DNA of 63,068 bases, counting the filler, from Octopus bimaculoides (taxonomy: Eukaryota), in NCBI RefSeq assembly GCF_001194135.2. It is 3 parts of 3 records of this genome, joined end to end, with 100 filler letters (N's around TTAATTAATTAA, not from the genome) between each part and the next. Parts side by side here need not be neighbours in the genome. Positions count along the whole stretch, not along the records: positions 18,735 to 34,023 come from NC_068984.1; positions 34,124 to 63,068 come from NC_068983.1; 1 more part is not named here. One strand, given 5' to 3'. Shown here piece after piece: positions 25,590 to 37,364 of the stretch (within the stretch, counting starts at the first letter, position 1; each line of letters starts with the position of its first letter). The notes beneath the pieces are model-generated. The model did not search any database. It was not told where the DNA came from and worked only from the letters and a program-made list of their open reading frames with translations. The position numbers and the translations under genes were made by a program.

Positions 25590-26270
25590 GATTATGAAAG
25601 TTTTCTTTCTCCAAGTGAAAGGAAGATTGTACAATACACGTATATGACAGAAATTCTACATGGTAGTGAGACAAGGGCCCTGAATGCAGAGGACATATGA
25701 AGGTTAGAGAGGAATGAGGCTAGTGTGTAGTGTAAGTGTTTGTGTTCAACAAAGTGCTCTTGTATTGAGAGAGAAGTTAAGCATAAGAGCAACTGGATGC
25801 AGTGTGCAAGAGAGAAGACTATGCTAGTTTGGTCATGTGATGCAAATAGATGCCAACAACTCCATAAAGAAATGCTGATCTCTCAAAGTAGATGAAATAC
25901 ATGGAAGAGGGAGACCCAAGAAGACATGGGATGAAGTACTGAAGGATGAGCTCAGGATGCTGAACCATTCAGGATGCTGATAAAGGACTGAGATATTTGG
26001 CACCTTGCTGTACTCAAGAACTCATACTTCACAGCAGAAGTGTTAAGGCCACTGCCCCTGGTGAAGAGTATTGGCCTGCAAGAGTCCTGTACTGGTGCCA
26101 TGTAAAAGCACTCAGCACATTCTGTAAAGCAGTTGACATTAGGAAGAGCATTCATCTGCAGAAACTATGCCAAATCAGACTGGAGCCTGGTGCAGCTTTC
26201 CTACTTCCCAACTTTGGTCAAACCGTCCAACCCATGCTTGCATGGACAACAGATGTTAAATGATAATGAT
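25590..26270 (+). mobile_element. 5'-truncated RTE-clade LINE (RT C-terminus plus 3' tail)
   Basis: LHGSET, RLERNEAS, LREKL, QERRL..FGHVM, GRGRPKKTWDEVLK motifs with stops, then the family E tail. Confidence 0.85.
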
Positions 26271-27358
26271 ATACTGTGGCTGTGTAGTAAAATCACATGA
26301 TGACATTACTTTAAAGAATTCACCCATCATTAGCAACAGAGATTCATTCACCAAGATGATGTTCAGGAGTAGAAAAAATATCTATGTGCCTCACATTTCT
26401 GCCATTGTACAAAGCCTTTACATCATTGTTTGAACTGCTAGAAGCAGCAGCCACATCACTTTTAAATCACGTCCTACAGTCTTAAAAAAGGAAGATCACT
26501 GTACTTGCTGTTGCCATTGCCAAATATCATGATGTTGTATAAGAGCTTGTGTATACTCCATACTTTCTATGTATCTGTATTCAATGTTGTTTCCCAAACC
26601 ACTCCAGTCAGGGACTCTCAATTTCAAAGCTGGCCATACACACACACATACACATTACTTATAGTGTATGTAATATGCATACACACACACACATACACAC
26701 ACACACACATACACACATACACATATACATGCCTACACATATAAATATATGCATGTATACATACATATACATACATGCACACTTACATACATACATATGT
26801 ACATGCATACATATGCATAATTATACTCATACATACACACTCAACCACCCACACACATATTATTATTTGTATGTATTACATATATGCTTTCTTTCCTCTT
26901 TATGATACACTTCAGGTTTCCCTCTAACATCATAATTTTCACAAAGATTGTAAAAAGACAACATTGATTTCCTCTTAAATCTCGACTTTATTCCAATTAA
27001 AACTCTTAAAATATAGATTTATTTTGATGCGGTTTTAATATTTCTTTATATTTTATTTCCGTTTTCATTTTCTCTATCCCGTTTCATTTGATTTTATTCC
27101 AATTTTTCTTGTTTTATTTTGTTTTTTTTTTGTCTTCTTGAATCCCCTGTTTTTTTTTTTTTTGCTTTTTGGGGTTTTTTCTTTTTTGTTTGTTTTCTCA
27201 CTTTGTTACAAGTCATTTTTGGATAATTTTCTCTAACTTAATTTCAAACTTCAAGGAGGCAAACATTTCGCACAGCTATAACATCGAACCTGGAAATAAT
27301 TACATTTCTCTGAAAATTGGATTAAATATTAGGAGGTGGTATTAAAATAATAATAATA

Positions 27359-27394
<36 letters not shown>

Positions 27395-27869
27395 TCATAT
27401 AGTTTTCACTGAGTGTAAATTTATTTAGAAGTGATATATGACAAACATTTGAGTCCCTGAATACTCTGCAATTGGTTTTGGAAGATTTGTATAAGAGAAA
27501 TATTTCAATGAATTTAATGTACAAATATTAGATATTGTCTTATATGCAGTTACTGAACTAGAAGAAGGAATCTGAAGCCAAAAGTCTTATAGAATAAATA
27601 TTGGTGGATTCTTTGAGAAATCAATGAAAGTTGTTTTGGAAGTCCAATAGTTGTGAAGAAAAGAGATAGATTTTTATATTTGGAGAATATATATAATCAC
27701 TTGAAATTAGTGTTCTTAATAAAAACAAAACAAACCAAACAAACGTTTTATTGGATCTCTATATATTTATATTCATGATATGTGTATATGTTTGTGTCTG
27801 CTTCTGCATGGAAATGAAACTTAAATATGTATGTATACATGTCTATAAATGTGTGTGCATATGCATGTA

Positions 27870-27921
<52 letters not shown>

Positions 27922-27922
27922 G

Positions 27923-27974
<52 letters not shown>

Positions 27975-28169
27975 AGTTACATGTACATATCTATCCATAT
28001 CTGTTTGTCTGCCTGTCTATCTATCTATCTATCTATATATCATCATCATCATTTAATGCCCGTCTTCCATACTGGCTTAGGTTGGGCAATTTGATAGCAG
28101 TTGGCAAGCCAGAGGACTACACCAAGCTCTACTGTCTGTACACATACATACATACATATTATAATAGAA

Positions 28170-28988
28170 AGGCCCTGATTTCCAGTACTCTGAGAAGTTA
28201 ATTTCCAACCATCAGCTTGTAAGCCAAGCCTAGTTTGCTTTGAAATATTCACTGTCTGAATAATTTTTGTAATATAAAATGAAAGTTTGAATAAAATGCT
28301 TATCCTTATTGTGTCTGGGGAGAGTCATTCTCTTTTAGTGTCTTATTAATTTAACACACTTACTGGTCCGATTTGCACTCATTTAGTTCTTGCAACCTTT
28401 TCAATAGTCGTCAACTCTTTATATTCTTTCATTGAAATCTTTTGTCAATGACACATGCAAAAATGGCTGCTTCAAGCTCATGCTTTTCGTTTTCATTTCT
28501 GTTTCTATTGATGATATTATTATAAAAACGCCATAAACTCCATACAATTAAAGTCATGAAATTGCATTTCTGCTTAAACAATGTTTCAAAATAATACTTT
28601 TAATTAATAGGTTTAATTAATGTTTTTAAAAACAATGAGTGTATATGTGGGTTTTTAAAAGGATTAATTAAAGGCATTAGTTTGGAACATTGCTTAAACA
28701 GCAACCCAATTTCATGTCTTTGCATTGTATAGAGTTTATGACATTTATAATAACACTATCACAAGAACCAGAAGTGAAATCAGAAGCTTGAGCTCAAAGC
28801 AGCTGTTTTTGCATGTATCATTCACAAAGGATTTGAAATGATAGGACATAAGGATAAGCATTTCCTTCAGACCTTCATTTCATATTTCCAAAAATATTCA
28901 GTCAGTGCATATTCAAAGGAAAACCAGGCTCAGTTTATAAACTGATGGTCAGGAAAGGAGCAACTCTGAGTACTGGAAATTGGTGCCT
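28170..28988. mobile_element. About 820-bp foldback element, possibly Kolobok-type non-autonomous
   Basis: 28170-28315 pairs with 28840-28988 and 28435-28615 with 28670-28835; ends AGGCCC..GGTGCCT followed by TTCA (TTAA-like). Confidence 0.8.
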
Positions 28989-29009
28989 TTCAGTTATAAT
29001 GTATTAAAG

Positions 29010-29195
29010 CAGGGGTCTCCAGAGTGGTCGATATCGACCCCTGGGGGTCGATGGGACTATTCAAGAGGTCAATAAATGTACATCTAGTTAATTATTATTA
29101 TTTATGTATTTTCTTGTACATGCCTGGGGGGTTGATGAGGGGGGTCAAGGATTCCATGAAGGGGGTTGATGGTCTAAAAAGTTTGGGGACCCCTG
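29010..29195. mobile_element. hAT (Charlie-type) MITE with perfect 8-bp TSD
   Basis: TATTAAAG|CAGGGGTCTCCA..TGGGGACCCCTG|TATTAAAG. Confidence 0.92.
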
Positions 29196-29642
29196 TATTA
29201 AAGAATACTCTCCATCTGTATTGAGTCTTGGAATTTATTATTTCTGGTGAATCAACAAAGCTACTGTTATTCCTAGTTCCATTAGCAGCATAGCACAGTG
29301 AAAGTAAGAAGAAAAAAGAGTGATCACGAGATGAATAATAAAGGCATGGGTAATAAGGACAATAGAGTGATAGGTACCAGTTGCATGCACGACAGACGTG
29401 TGAGTGATAAGGGGCAGTGAGCATACATACATGTTCTTATGTACATATACCCAAAGGTATAAGCCTTTATAGACATATAAACACACACACATATGCATGT
29501 GGAGATTGCTCCATCGTCACAGATGACTGCCATCTCTTTGTGCTTCCTCATTGTCAATGGCATTTTTGACTTTCCATCCATGGCCATTCAGATGACTATT
29601 CAGTCCCGTTGAAGATCTGCATGGTTTGAAGTATACTCTAAA

Positions 29643-30027
29643 ACTTGTTTCAGTCATGTGACTGCGGCCATGCTGGAGCACCGCCTTTAGTCGAGAAAAT
29701 TGACCTCAGGACTTATTATTCTTTGGAAGCCTAGTACTTATTCTATCAGTCTCTTTTTGCTGAACTGCTAAGTTACGGGGACATAAACACACCAGCATTG
29801 GTTGCCAAACGATGGTGGGAGGACAAACACAGACATACAAACACATACATACATATATATATATATATACGACGGGCTTCTTTCAGTTTCCGTCTACCAA
29901 ATCCATTCACAAGGCTTTGGTCAGCCCAAGGCTATAGTAGAAGACACTTGCCCAAGGTGCCATGCAGTGGGACTGAACCCAGAACCATGTAGTTGGTAAG
30001 CAAGCTACTTACCACACAGCCACTCGT
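29643..30027 (-). mobile_element. SINE family B, full length, relatively young
   Basis: Complete tail-body-(CA/TA)n-head; retains several CpGs. Confidence 0.92.
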
Positions 30028-30104
30028 GACAAACAAAAGTTATAACTTACTGTGTGCTTCCAACTGGTTAGATTTGCACATGCTGCTACTCACTCACATG
30101 TCAT

Positions 30105-30485
30105 TTACTTGTTTCAGTCATTAGGCTGTAGCCATGCTGGGGCACCACCTTAAAGCATTTTAGGTGAATGAATCGACCCCAGTGCTTATTTCATTTTAAG
30201 CCTGGTTCTAATTCTATCAGTATCTTTTGGTAAACCACTAAGTTATGGGGATGTAAACTCACCAAAATCAGTTGTCAAGTGGTGGTGGAGTCAAATTCAA
30301 ACACACACACACATGCACACACACTCACACACACACAGCAGGCTTCTTTCAGTTTCTGTCTACAATATCCACTCAAAAGGTTTTGGTTGTTTCAGGGCTA
30401 TAGTAGAAGACACTTGCCCAAGGTGCCATGCAATGGGATTGAACCTGGAACCATGTAATTAGGAAGAAAATTTCTTACCACAACT
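30105..30485 (-). mobile_element. SINE family B, full length, older
   Basis: Same layout, CpGs decayed. Confidence 0.88.
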
Positions 30486-31364
30486 TTCTATGACATAACT
30501 GCAGTATGAAATCCTTCTTCTCTACTTTACTCCTCCTACCTTTGACACTAATATATTTCCCTCTCTTTCTTTCTACTTCACACTAAGCCAATTTCCTCAC
30601 ACCTCAGCTCTCTCACCACATATCTCTCTCTCCCTCTGTCTCAGTCTCTCCTAACCCATGCAGTGACAACTTACCGACCACCCCACTCAACTGCTTCTTG
30701 TCTCTCCCTATCTATTTGTTTTTATCCTGCTTTCTAGTCTAAAATGACAGACACTCATCTCTTTTCCCCAAAGCAGGGCTTTCTCTGAACCCGAAATGTT
30801 GGAAACTACCCCTTACATGGCTCCATACCAACTTAGGTAATTTTTTGTGAATGTATGTATTGTAAACATGAACAGTAATTGTAAATAGAAAGTGAGAAAT
30901 TTAGAGAAATGAAAGATAATTGAATGTAATAAATAACCTCCATTATATTAATGAGATAAACAATGTAGAAGATGTAGCTAATGGTGCCAAAGTATAAGGG
31001 AACCATAATTCTTATACTAAAGCACATTAGTAAATATTAGCAATGTATTGTTTATTCTATTTCTCAGTCTCTCTTTCTCACACTACTTCTCTTTCTTTCT
31101 TATATATATGTATGTCTATTGATGTGTATATGTATGTATGTATGTATATTTATCATCATAACCATCATCATCATCATCATCCTTTAATGTGTGTTTTCCA
31201 TGCTGGCATGGGTTGGATGCTTTGTCCAGAGCTGGCAAGCCAAAGAGCTGCACCTGGTTCCAATCTGATCTGGCTTCATTTCTATGGTTGGATGCCCTTC
31301 CTAATGTCAACCACTTTACAATGTGTGCATTTGAAAGGATGCATGATGTGAAGATTTCTTGGTG

Positions 31365-31680
31365 AGTATTCAACAACCCAAATTTTAGGAAGTCTTTAAG
31401 TATCCTAGTCCACTCAGCTATGCAGAGCTTGCAGTACCCATTCCTGTTGATGTGGGGGCCTAGTCATTCTAAGATCTTTTACTTGATATTGTATGGGATT
31501 CCTTGATCTTTGAGGTGCCACAAATGGCTGGCCAAGGATATAATGAATCGTCTTTCAGGGACCCTGAATGAAGACCTGTGGTTGTACAAGCATAGCTTGA
31601 ATGATGTACCAGCAGATCTGATGTATTTCCAGGCATGTGTGTTGGCTGTGTTCATGTAATTGGTGCATCTCTGGTTGGCA
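31365..31680 (-). mobile_element. Penelope-like element GIY-YIG endonuclease fragment
   Basis: Minus frame WKYIRSAGTSFKLCLYNHRSSFR..SLASHLWHLKDQGIPYNIK*KILE..YCKLCIAEWTRIL..LLN. Confidence 0.85.
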
Positions 31681-32096
31681 ATTAAAATTAAAATGAATTA
31701 TACATTTACACAGTTTTTGATATTACAGCCATTTATACAGTATATTCTTTATCCTAGAAATTGCCACTATTAAGGTTTGAAGCAAACTGGAGTTTAATGG
31801 TTTTGACAGTCTTATATTTTTGGTAGGGGACAATTAGTGTTGAATGCAAAAAATATGAGTAGTTGGGAGAATTCTTATATGGCTATAAACTTTGTTATCA
31901 GATCGACCATAGGATGACCCTAAATGTCAGGTATTAAACTCTGTCTGAATAAATTTCATACACTAGCCTAGAACGAAATAGATAACAATAAATACTGTGA
32001 TAGATATCGACGTTAAGAATCACTAACGCAGATAGAATTTGACAATGTAAGATACACAAAATTTACTTGTAAGGCCAGGGTATAATCTTTTACCTT

Positions 32097-32530
32097 TGAC
32101 TTGTTTCAGTCATTAGACTGTGGCCCTGCTGGGGCAGCACCATAAGGAATTTTTAATCACATGAACTGACCCCTGTACTTATTTCCTCTTAAGCCTGCTA
32201 CTTAATTTCTCCAAAACCTAGTACTTATTCTATCATTCTCTTTTTGCTGAACTGCTAAGTTACAGGGACATAAACACACCAATACCGGTTGTCAGGCAGT
32301 GGTGGAGAACAAACACAGACGCAAAGATTCACACACATAGATATGTATATATACACATATATATATGATGGGCTTCTTTCAGTTTCCATCAACCAAATCC
32401 TCTCAAAAGGTTTTGGTTGGCCCAAGGCTTTAGCAGAAGACACTTATCCAAGGTGCCACAGAGTGGGACTGAACCTGGAATCATGTAGTTGAGAAGCAAA
32501 CTTCTTACCCCACAACCACACCTGCACCTG
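32097..32530 (-). mobile_element. SINE family B, full length
   Basis: Family tail, body and head motifs. Confidence 0.88.
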
Positions 32531-32849
32531 TACACAATATAGTAGATTATTTCCACCTACAGTGAAATCAAGATTTTTAACTATGCAAATCAACATTAGA
32601 TTTATATGTAATAACATTCTCCTTGAACTTAACAGTCATATCGGATTTCTCACTACTGCCTTTCATATTTTTTGCACTCAACTCTAATTATCTTTTTAAG
32701 GTTGATAAATTAAGTTGCAAAGTTGTCACACCATCATTATCATCTTCAGCCACAGCAACAACAAACAAGTACAGTTGATCTATAATAACTGGAGGCTGTA
32801 GATTATGAAGGTAGAGATCAGCCTATTATATTAAAGTACCTAAGGTCCT

Positions 32850-32997
32850 TGACTGGTACCATTTTTTTTATTGATACTAAAAGGATGGAAAGGAAAGTTG
32901 AATGGGGGTATGATTTGAACTCAGAGCACAAGGAATTGCAATTAAATATTGCAAAGCCATTTGTCTGTCACTTTATCACTGATTCTGCTATTTCACC
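32850..32997 (-). mobile_element. SINE family A, degenerate
   Basis: CTGGTACC..AAAAGGATGGAAAGG..TTTGAACTCAGA..GATTCTGC. Confidence 0.65.
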
Positions 32998-33049
32998 AAA
33001 CAAGTAACCTTGGTGCCAGCACTTCTGCCATCTGCATCATTTTTCAATA

Positions 33050-33310
33050 TATCCATTTTCACCAATTTATTATCACAACAGCTGCTATCATCCTCCTCTT
33101 CCTCCTTTGCATAATCATCATCATCATCATCCCCTTTTTCATCTCCTCCTCCCCCTCAGACTCTTCCTCCTCCTTGTCATCATCATTCTCTAACTCATCA
33201 ACCTCCTCTTTCTCCTCCACTAACCTCTCATCATCATTATTCTCCACATCATTTTCCACCTCAACTCTCCTCCTCCTCCTTCTCCTTCACCTCCTTCTCC
33301 TTCTCAACAA
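33050..33310. repeat. (CAT)/(CTC) low-complexity tract
   Basis: Direct reading. Confidence 0.85.
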
Positions 33311-34067
33311 CACAATATCAGGATGTTCAAAAATGTATCTACCCACAACTTAAATAGTATAATTAAACATCAGTAAAAGAGAAGAGGAGTAAGAAATGTG
33401 AAGAGTTTGTTGGAATGGTTTTGAGAGACAGAGAATGAAAGAAAGAAAAGGAGAGAGAGAGAGAGAAAGAGAGAGAGTACTTAAATGATGATAGTTGAAT
33501 GCTGAAACTATAATACTTACATAGACGAATGTTCATAACATCCAGTATTATATTCTCTGTACGTGTCTGTTAAATTCTTTGTCTGTTATACTCTTTGTTT
33601 CTTTTTCATTTTCTATCTCTATTTCTCTAAATCTACAAGTCTATATGTGTGTGTGTGTGTACATATATATATATAAAAACATATCATCATCATTATCATC
33701 GTTTAACACCTGCTTTCCATGCTAGCATGGGTTGGACGATTTGACTGAGGACTGGTGAAACCCGATGGCTGCACCAGGCTCCAGTCTGATTTGGCAGATT
33801 TTCTACAGCTGGATGCCCTTCCTAACGCCAACCACTCTGAGAGTGTAGTGGGTGGTTTTACGTGCCACCGGCACGAAGTCCAATCAGGCATTACTGGCAA
33901 CTGCTACACTCAAATGGTGTATTTTACGTGCCACATGCACAGGAGCCAGTCCAGCGACACTGGCAATGATCCCGCTTGAATGTCTTTACATGTGCCACCG
34001 GCACAATCTACTACTTATATATANNNNNNNNNNNNNNNNNNNNNNNNNNNNNNNNNNNNNNNNNNNN

Positions 34068-34079
34068 TTAATTAATTAA
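34068..34079. other. Artificial gap linker TTAATTAATTAA (second copy)
   Basis: 44 N on each side. Confidence 0.95.
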
Positions 34080-34290
34080 NNNNNNNNNNNNNNNNNNNNN
34101 NNNNNNNNNNNNNNNNNNNNNNNCTTTTTCTTTTCTTTTTCTGTCGTCTTCCTTTTTCTTTCTTTCTTTCTGCTTATTAAAAAACTGACAAAAGCTGATG
34201 ATGTCATTCTATCAACGTATGGACGCTGATTACTCACGTTCATAGTCTACGTTTGGTTTCTGAAATTTTGAATTTTCAATCACCATTTGG

Positions 34291-34335
34291 TTTGAACTTG
34301 AGAAAGACAGACGTTCTGTCGAAATGTTGTTCAAA
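34291..34335 (+). ncRNA. Minimal type I hammerhead ribozyme motif, Penelope type
   Basis: Stem I TTTGAAC/GTTCAAA; core TTGAGAA-A; stem II GACAGA-cgt-TCTGTC; GAAA; (C>T)GTT; AATAAA at 34337. Confidence 0.55.
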
Positions 34336-34371
34336 AAATAAAACATCTAAAATCGCACTCTTCGTTTTGAC

Positions 34372-34420
<49 letters not shown>

Positions 34421-34483
34421 TGAGATTACATAGACTAATAATAATAATAATTGAGATTACATAGACTAATAATAATAATAATA
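34372..34483. repeat. (AAT)n containing a duplicated TGAGATTACATAGACT (period 31)
   Basis: Copies at 34421-34436 and 34452-34467. Confidence 0.9.
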
Positions 34484-34847
34484 AGGAGCAAGATTTAGGC
34501 TTTAGGGTCAGTGATAATAAAATTAGCATTTTTTGAGCAACGTTAAGTTTCAGAGTCAAGGTTGTAGAATTTAGGGTACGTGTTTTGGGTCAAGCAAATA
34601 AGAAATGAAATTTGAAATGTTTAATATGCGAATATTTTTTCTTTTAATCCTTTTGTGGAATCAAAATTTGCAGTTTAAAACAGAAATCCAAAGAAGCCTT
34701 TTAATCTATTAACGGCTAATGTCCCATTTTTGAGACAGAGAATTTAAATTTAATATAAATAATAATATAGACACTTGTGTGTTTCTTTTGCAATATACTT
34801 CATATGTACAGTATTCTCCAAGAATAAATAAAAGTAAATATTTTAGC

Positions 34848-35156
34848 TGGCACTCCGTCGGTTACGTCGACGAGTGTTCCAGCTGATCTGATCAGCGAAA
34901 CAGCCTGCTTGGGAAATTGACGTGCAAGTGGCTGAGCACTCCACAAACAAGCGTACCCTGAACGTTGTACTCATGGAGGTTCAGCGTAACAAATATTGTG
35001 GCAAGGCTGGTCCTTTCTTATACAGCTCATATTTACCAACTGAGCGGACTGAAACAACATGAAATAAAGTGGCATGCTCAATGAAGAGCGCGCCGCGAGG
35101 AATCGAACTCACGATCTTGAGCCGAATACACTAACCACTAAGCCACGCGCCTTCAC
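34848..35156 (-). mobile_element. tRNA-derived SINE family C, near full length
   Basis: Minus GGCGCGTGGCTTAGTGGTTAG..GAGTTCGATTCC head; tail ends GTAACCGACGGAGTGCCA. Confidence 0.85.
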
Positions 35157-35908
35157 AATATAACAGGAGAAATATAATCAAAGAGCCTTTTGGGAGCTCA
35201 AAAAAATCTAAAAATGTATAAATAATATTCGTAGTTGAATTATGTATGGTCTTTAACGGGTTAACATATAAGAAAATGTGATATTTAGTTTGATAATTAG
35301 CCAATGTTTCGTTCAGAAGTTTTACCACAATTGAAGTAAATAACGTTGCCACATTAACGACAATTCCAGGTAAAGCCAGGTATTTCGTTTAGTCATGTGT
35401 ATAATCAGCAACACAGACTGTTTGTTCATAAGAGAGGGAGAGAGGGAGGGAGAGAGAGGGAGAGAGACAGACAAAGAAAGAGAGAGAGACAGAGACAAAG
35501 ACAGAGAGTAAGAGAGGCACATAGACAGACAGAGGAGAGAGAAGTTTGTGTGAATGCGTGTATGTGTGTGTGTGTGTGTGTGAGAGAGTGAGAGAGAGAA
35601 TTATTCATCGGTTTATCCCTGTTATACTTGTAATCCTATATTTTATATACGTCTTTGCACTTGTTTCTCTATATGTTTTTAATTACTTGTCTGAAAACAA
35701 GATTATTCAATGTTTATTATTTCTTGAATTACTTAGCATTCTATTTCTTTAATTACATTGTTCATGAATATTATTACGGATTTCCTTTCTGTCTAATTAG
35801 GTCCAGCACCTTTCAAATTTAATCTGCAATAGCTTAACCTTATATTTGATTAATTTCTTAATCTTTGATTTCTAAATATTGGATTTTCCCGTAGTTTATT
35901 ATTTATAT

Positions 35909-36816
35909 TCTTCTTCTTCTTCTTAATCCTGTTTGCTCCTTGTGGAGCATAGGGCCTTAACAGTTATTTTCCACTTTTTGCAGTCATTGGCGTGTTTCTT
36001 GGTTGCTTCCCATGTCAGGCCGCTGGTCCTGAACTCGTCCAAAATGCTCCACTTCCATGTCTGCTTCGGGCGTCCTCGCTTCCTTTTTCCCTGCGGGTTC
36101 TAGTCAAGTGCTTGTTGTGTCACATATAAGGGTTCTTTCCGCAGTGTGTGTCCCCGATCTATCTCCATTTCCTTCGTCTAATCTGAACATGTATGGGCTC
36201 CTGGTTGGCCCTTTCCCACAGGTCGGTGTTTGGTACTCTGTCGAACCACTTCAGATGGAGGATCTGCCGGAGACATTTGTTGATGAAGGTCTGGATCTTC
36301 TTGTAGTCGCTGCAGGTGGTTCTCCATGTTTCAGAGCCATACAAAAGCACAGATTTTACGTTTGAACTAAATAAGCGGAGTATAGTTCGAGTTGAGACGG
36401 TGGTAGACTTCCATACTGGCCAAAGAATAGCGAAGGCTTGCCAAGCCTTCTTGCTTCTTGCAGTGATGTCCTCGTCTGATCCACCTGATTTGCTGATCTT
36501 GCTGCCAAGATAGACAAACTCAAAAGTATTTAGTGGACACTGATGAACAAGCTGGAGGACTTGGACTACGCAGATGATCTCGCGCTATTGTCACATCGCC
36601 TGCAAGACATGCAAGATAAGGTAGACCACCCGAGAGAAACTTCATGGCAAGTGGGCTTGAGGATCAGCCAGGAAAAGACAAAAGTGCTGCGTATCAACAA
36701 GTAAGAAGAGCCAATCACAATCGAGGGTCACCTGTGGAGGATGTTAGTGAGTTTGTCTGTCTTGGCAGCAAGATCAGCAAATCAGGTGGATCAGACGAGG
36801 ACATCTCTGCAAGAAA
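35909..36816 (-). mobile_element. RTE-clade LINE with inverted 5' segment and 13-bp TSD
   Basis: Minus 35909-36521 encodes LLYGSETW..RRRKWR..KRGRPKQTW with an (AAG)n tail; plus 36533-36815 encodes LEDLDYADDLALL..LGSKIS; TSD TTATTATTTATAT at 35896-35908 and 36817-36829. Confidence 0.92.
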
Positions 36817-37364
36817 TTATTATTTATATAATTACCATAATTATTTTTATGATTAATCATTTTCGTTTCTTCGTGATCATGTTATATTTCATACCTTTTA
36901 TTAGATTTATAATTTACCCCTCCCCTTTTTTTGCATATATAGGTAACACTCTTAGTCGCAATAACAAAGGGATGTGGGTTCGCGTCCTACGCAGATAGGA
37001 AAGCCTTCTTTTTTCTGTCGAGGGCTTATATAACCCGTTATTAGACTATTTTCTTTATTGCAGTGATCGCCATAAGCTTTAAGCTTATATGAAAATACCA
37101 TTATTATTATTTACAGGATTGTAGAATACGGCGCCGTATAACAAAACTATTCGCACTGAAATATATATATATTTTTATATATTTTATATTTCATATCTTT
37201 TACTTTTATTTTTCCACGCCTGTTAGAGTAAATTCCCTTTCTTCAACGGTTTTTTTTCATAGCGTTCTTGTCTGATGAAAAATGCCTAGAAGCTTTCTAC
37301 TCAGGTATTTGAAACTCTGAGTATTACTATGACAACTTGCTGATTGTCCTATATTATATATATA

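Noticed and set aside
36945-37000. tRNA-like GGGATGTGGGTTCGCGTCC
   Set aside because: Only a B-box-like motif; no cloverleaf or A box could be built
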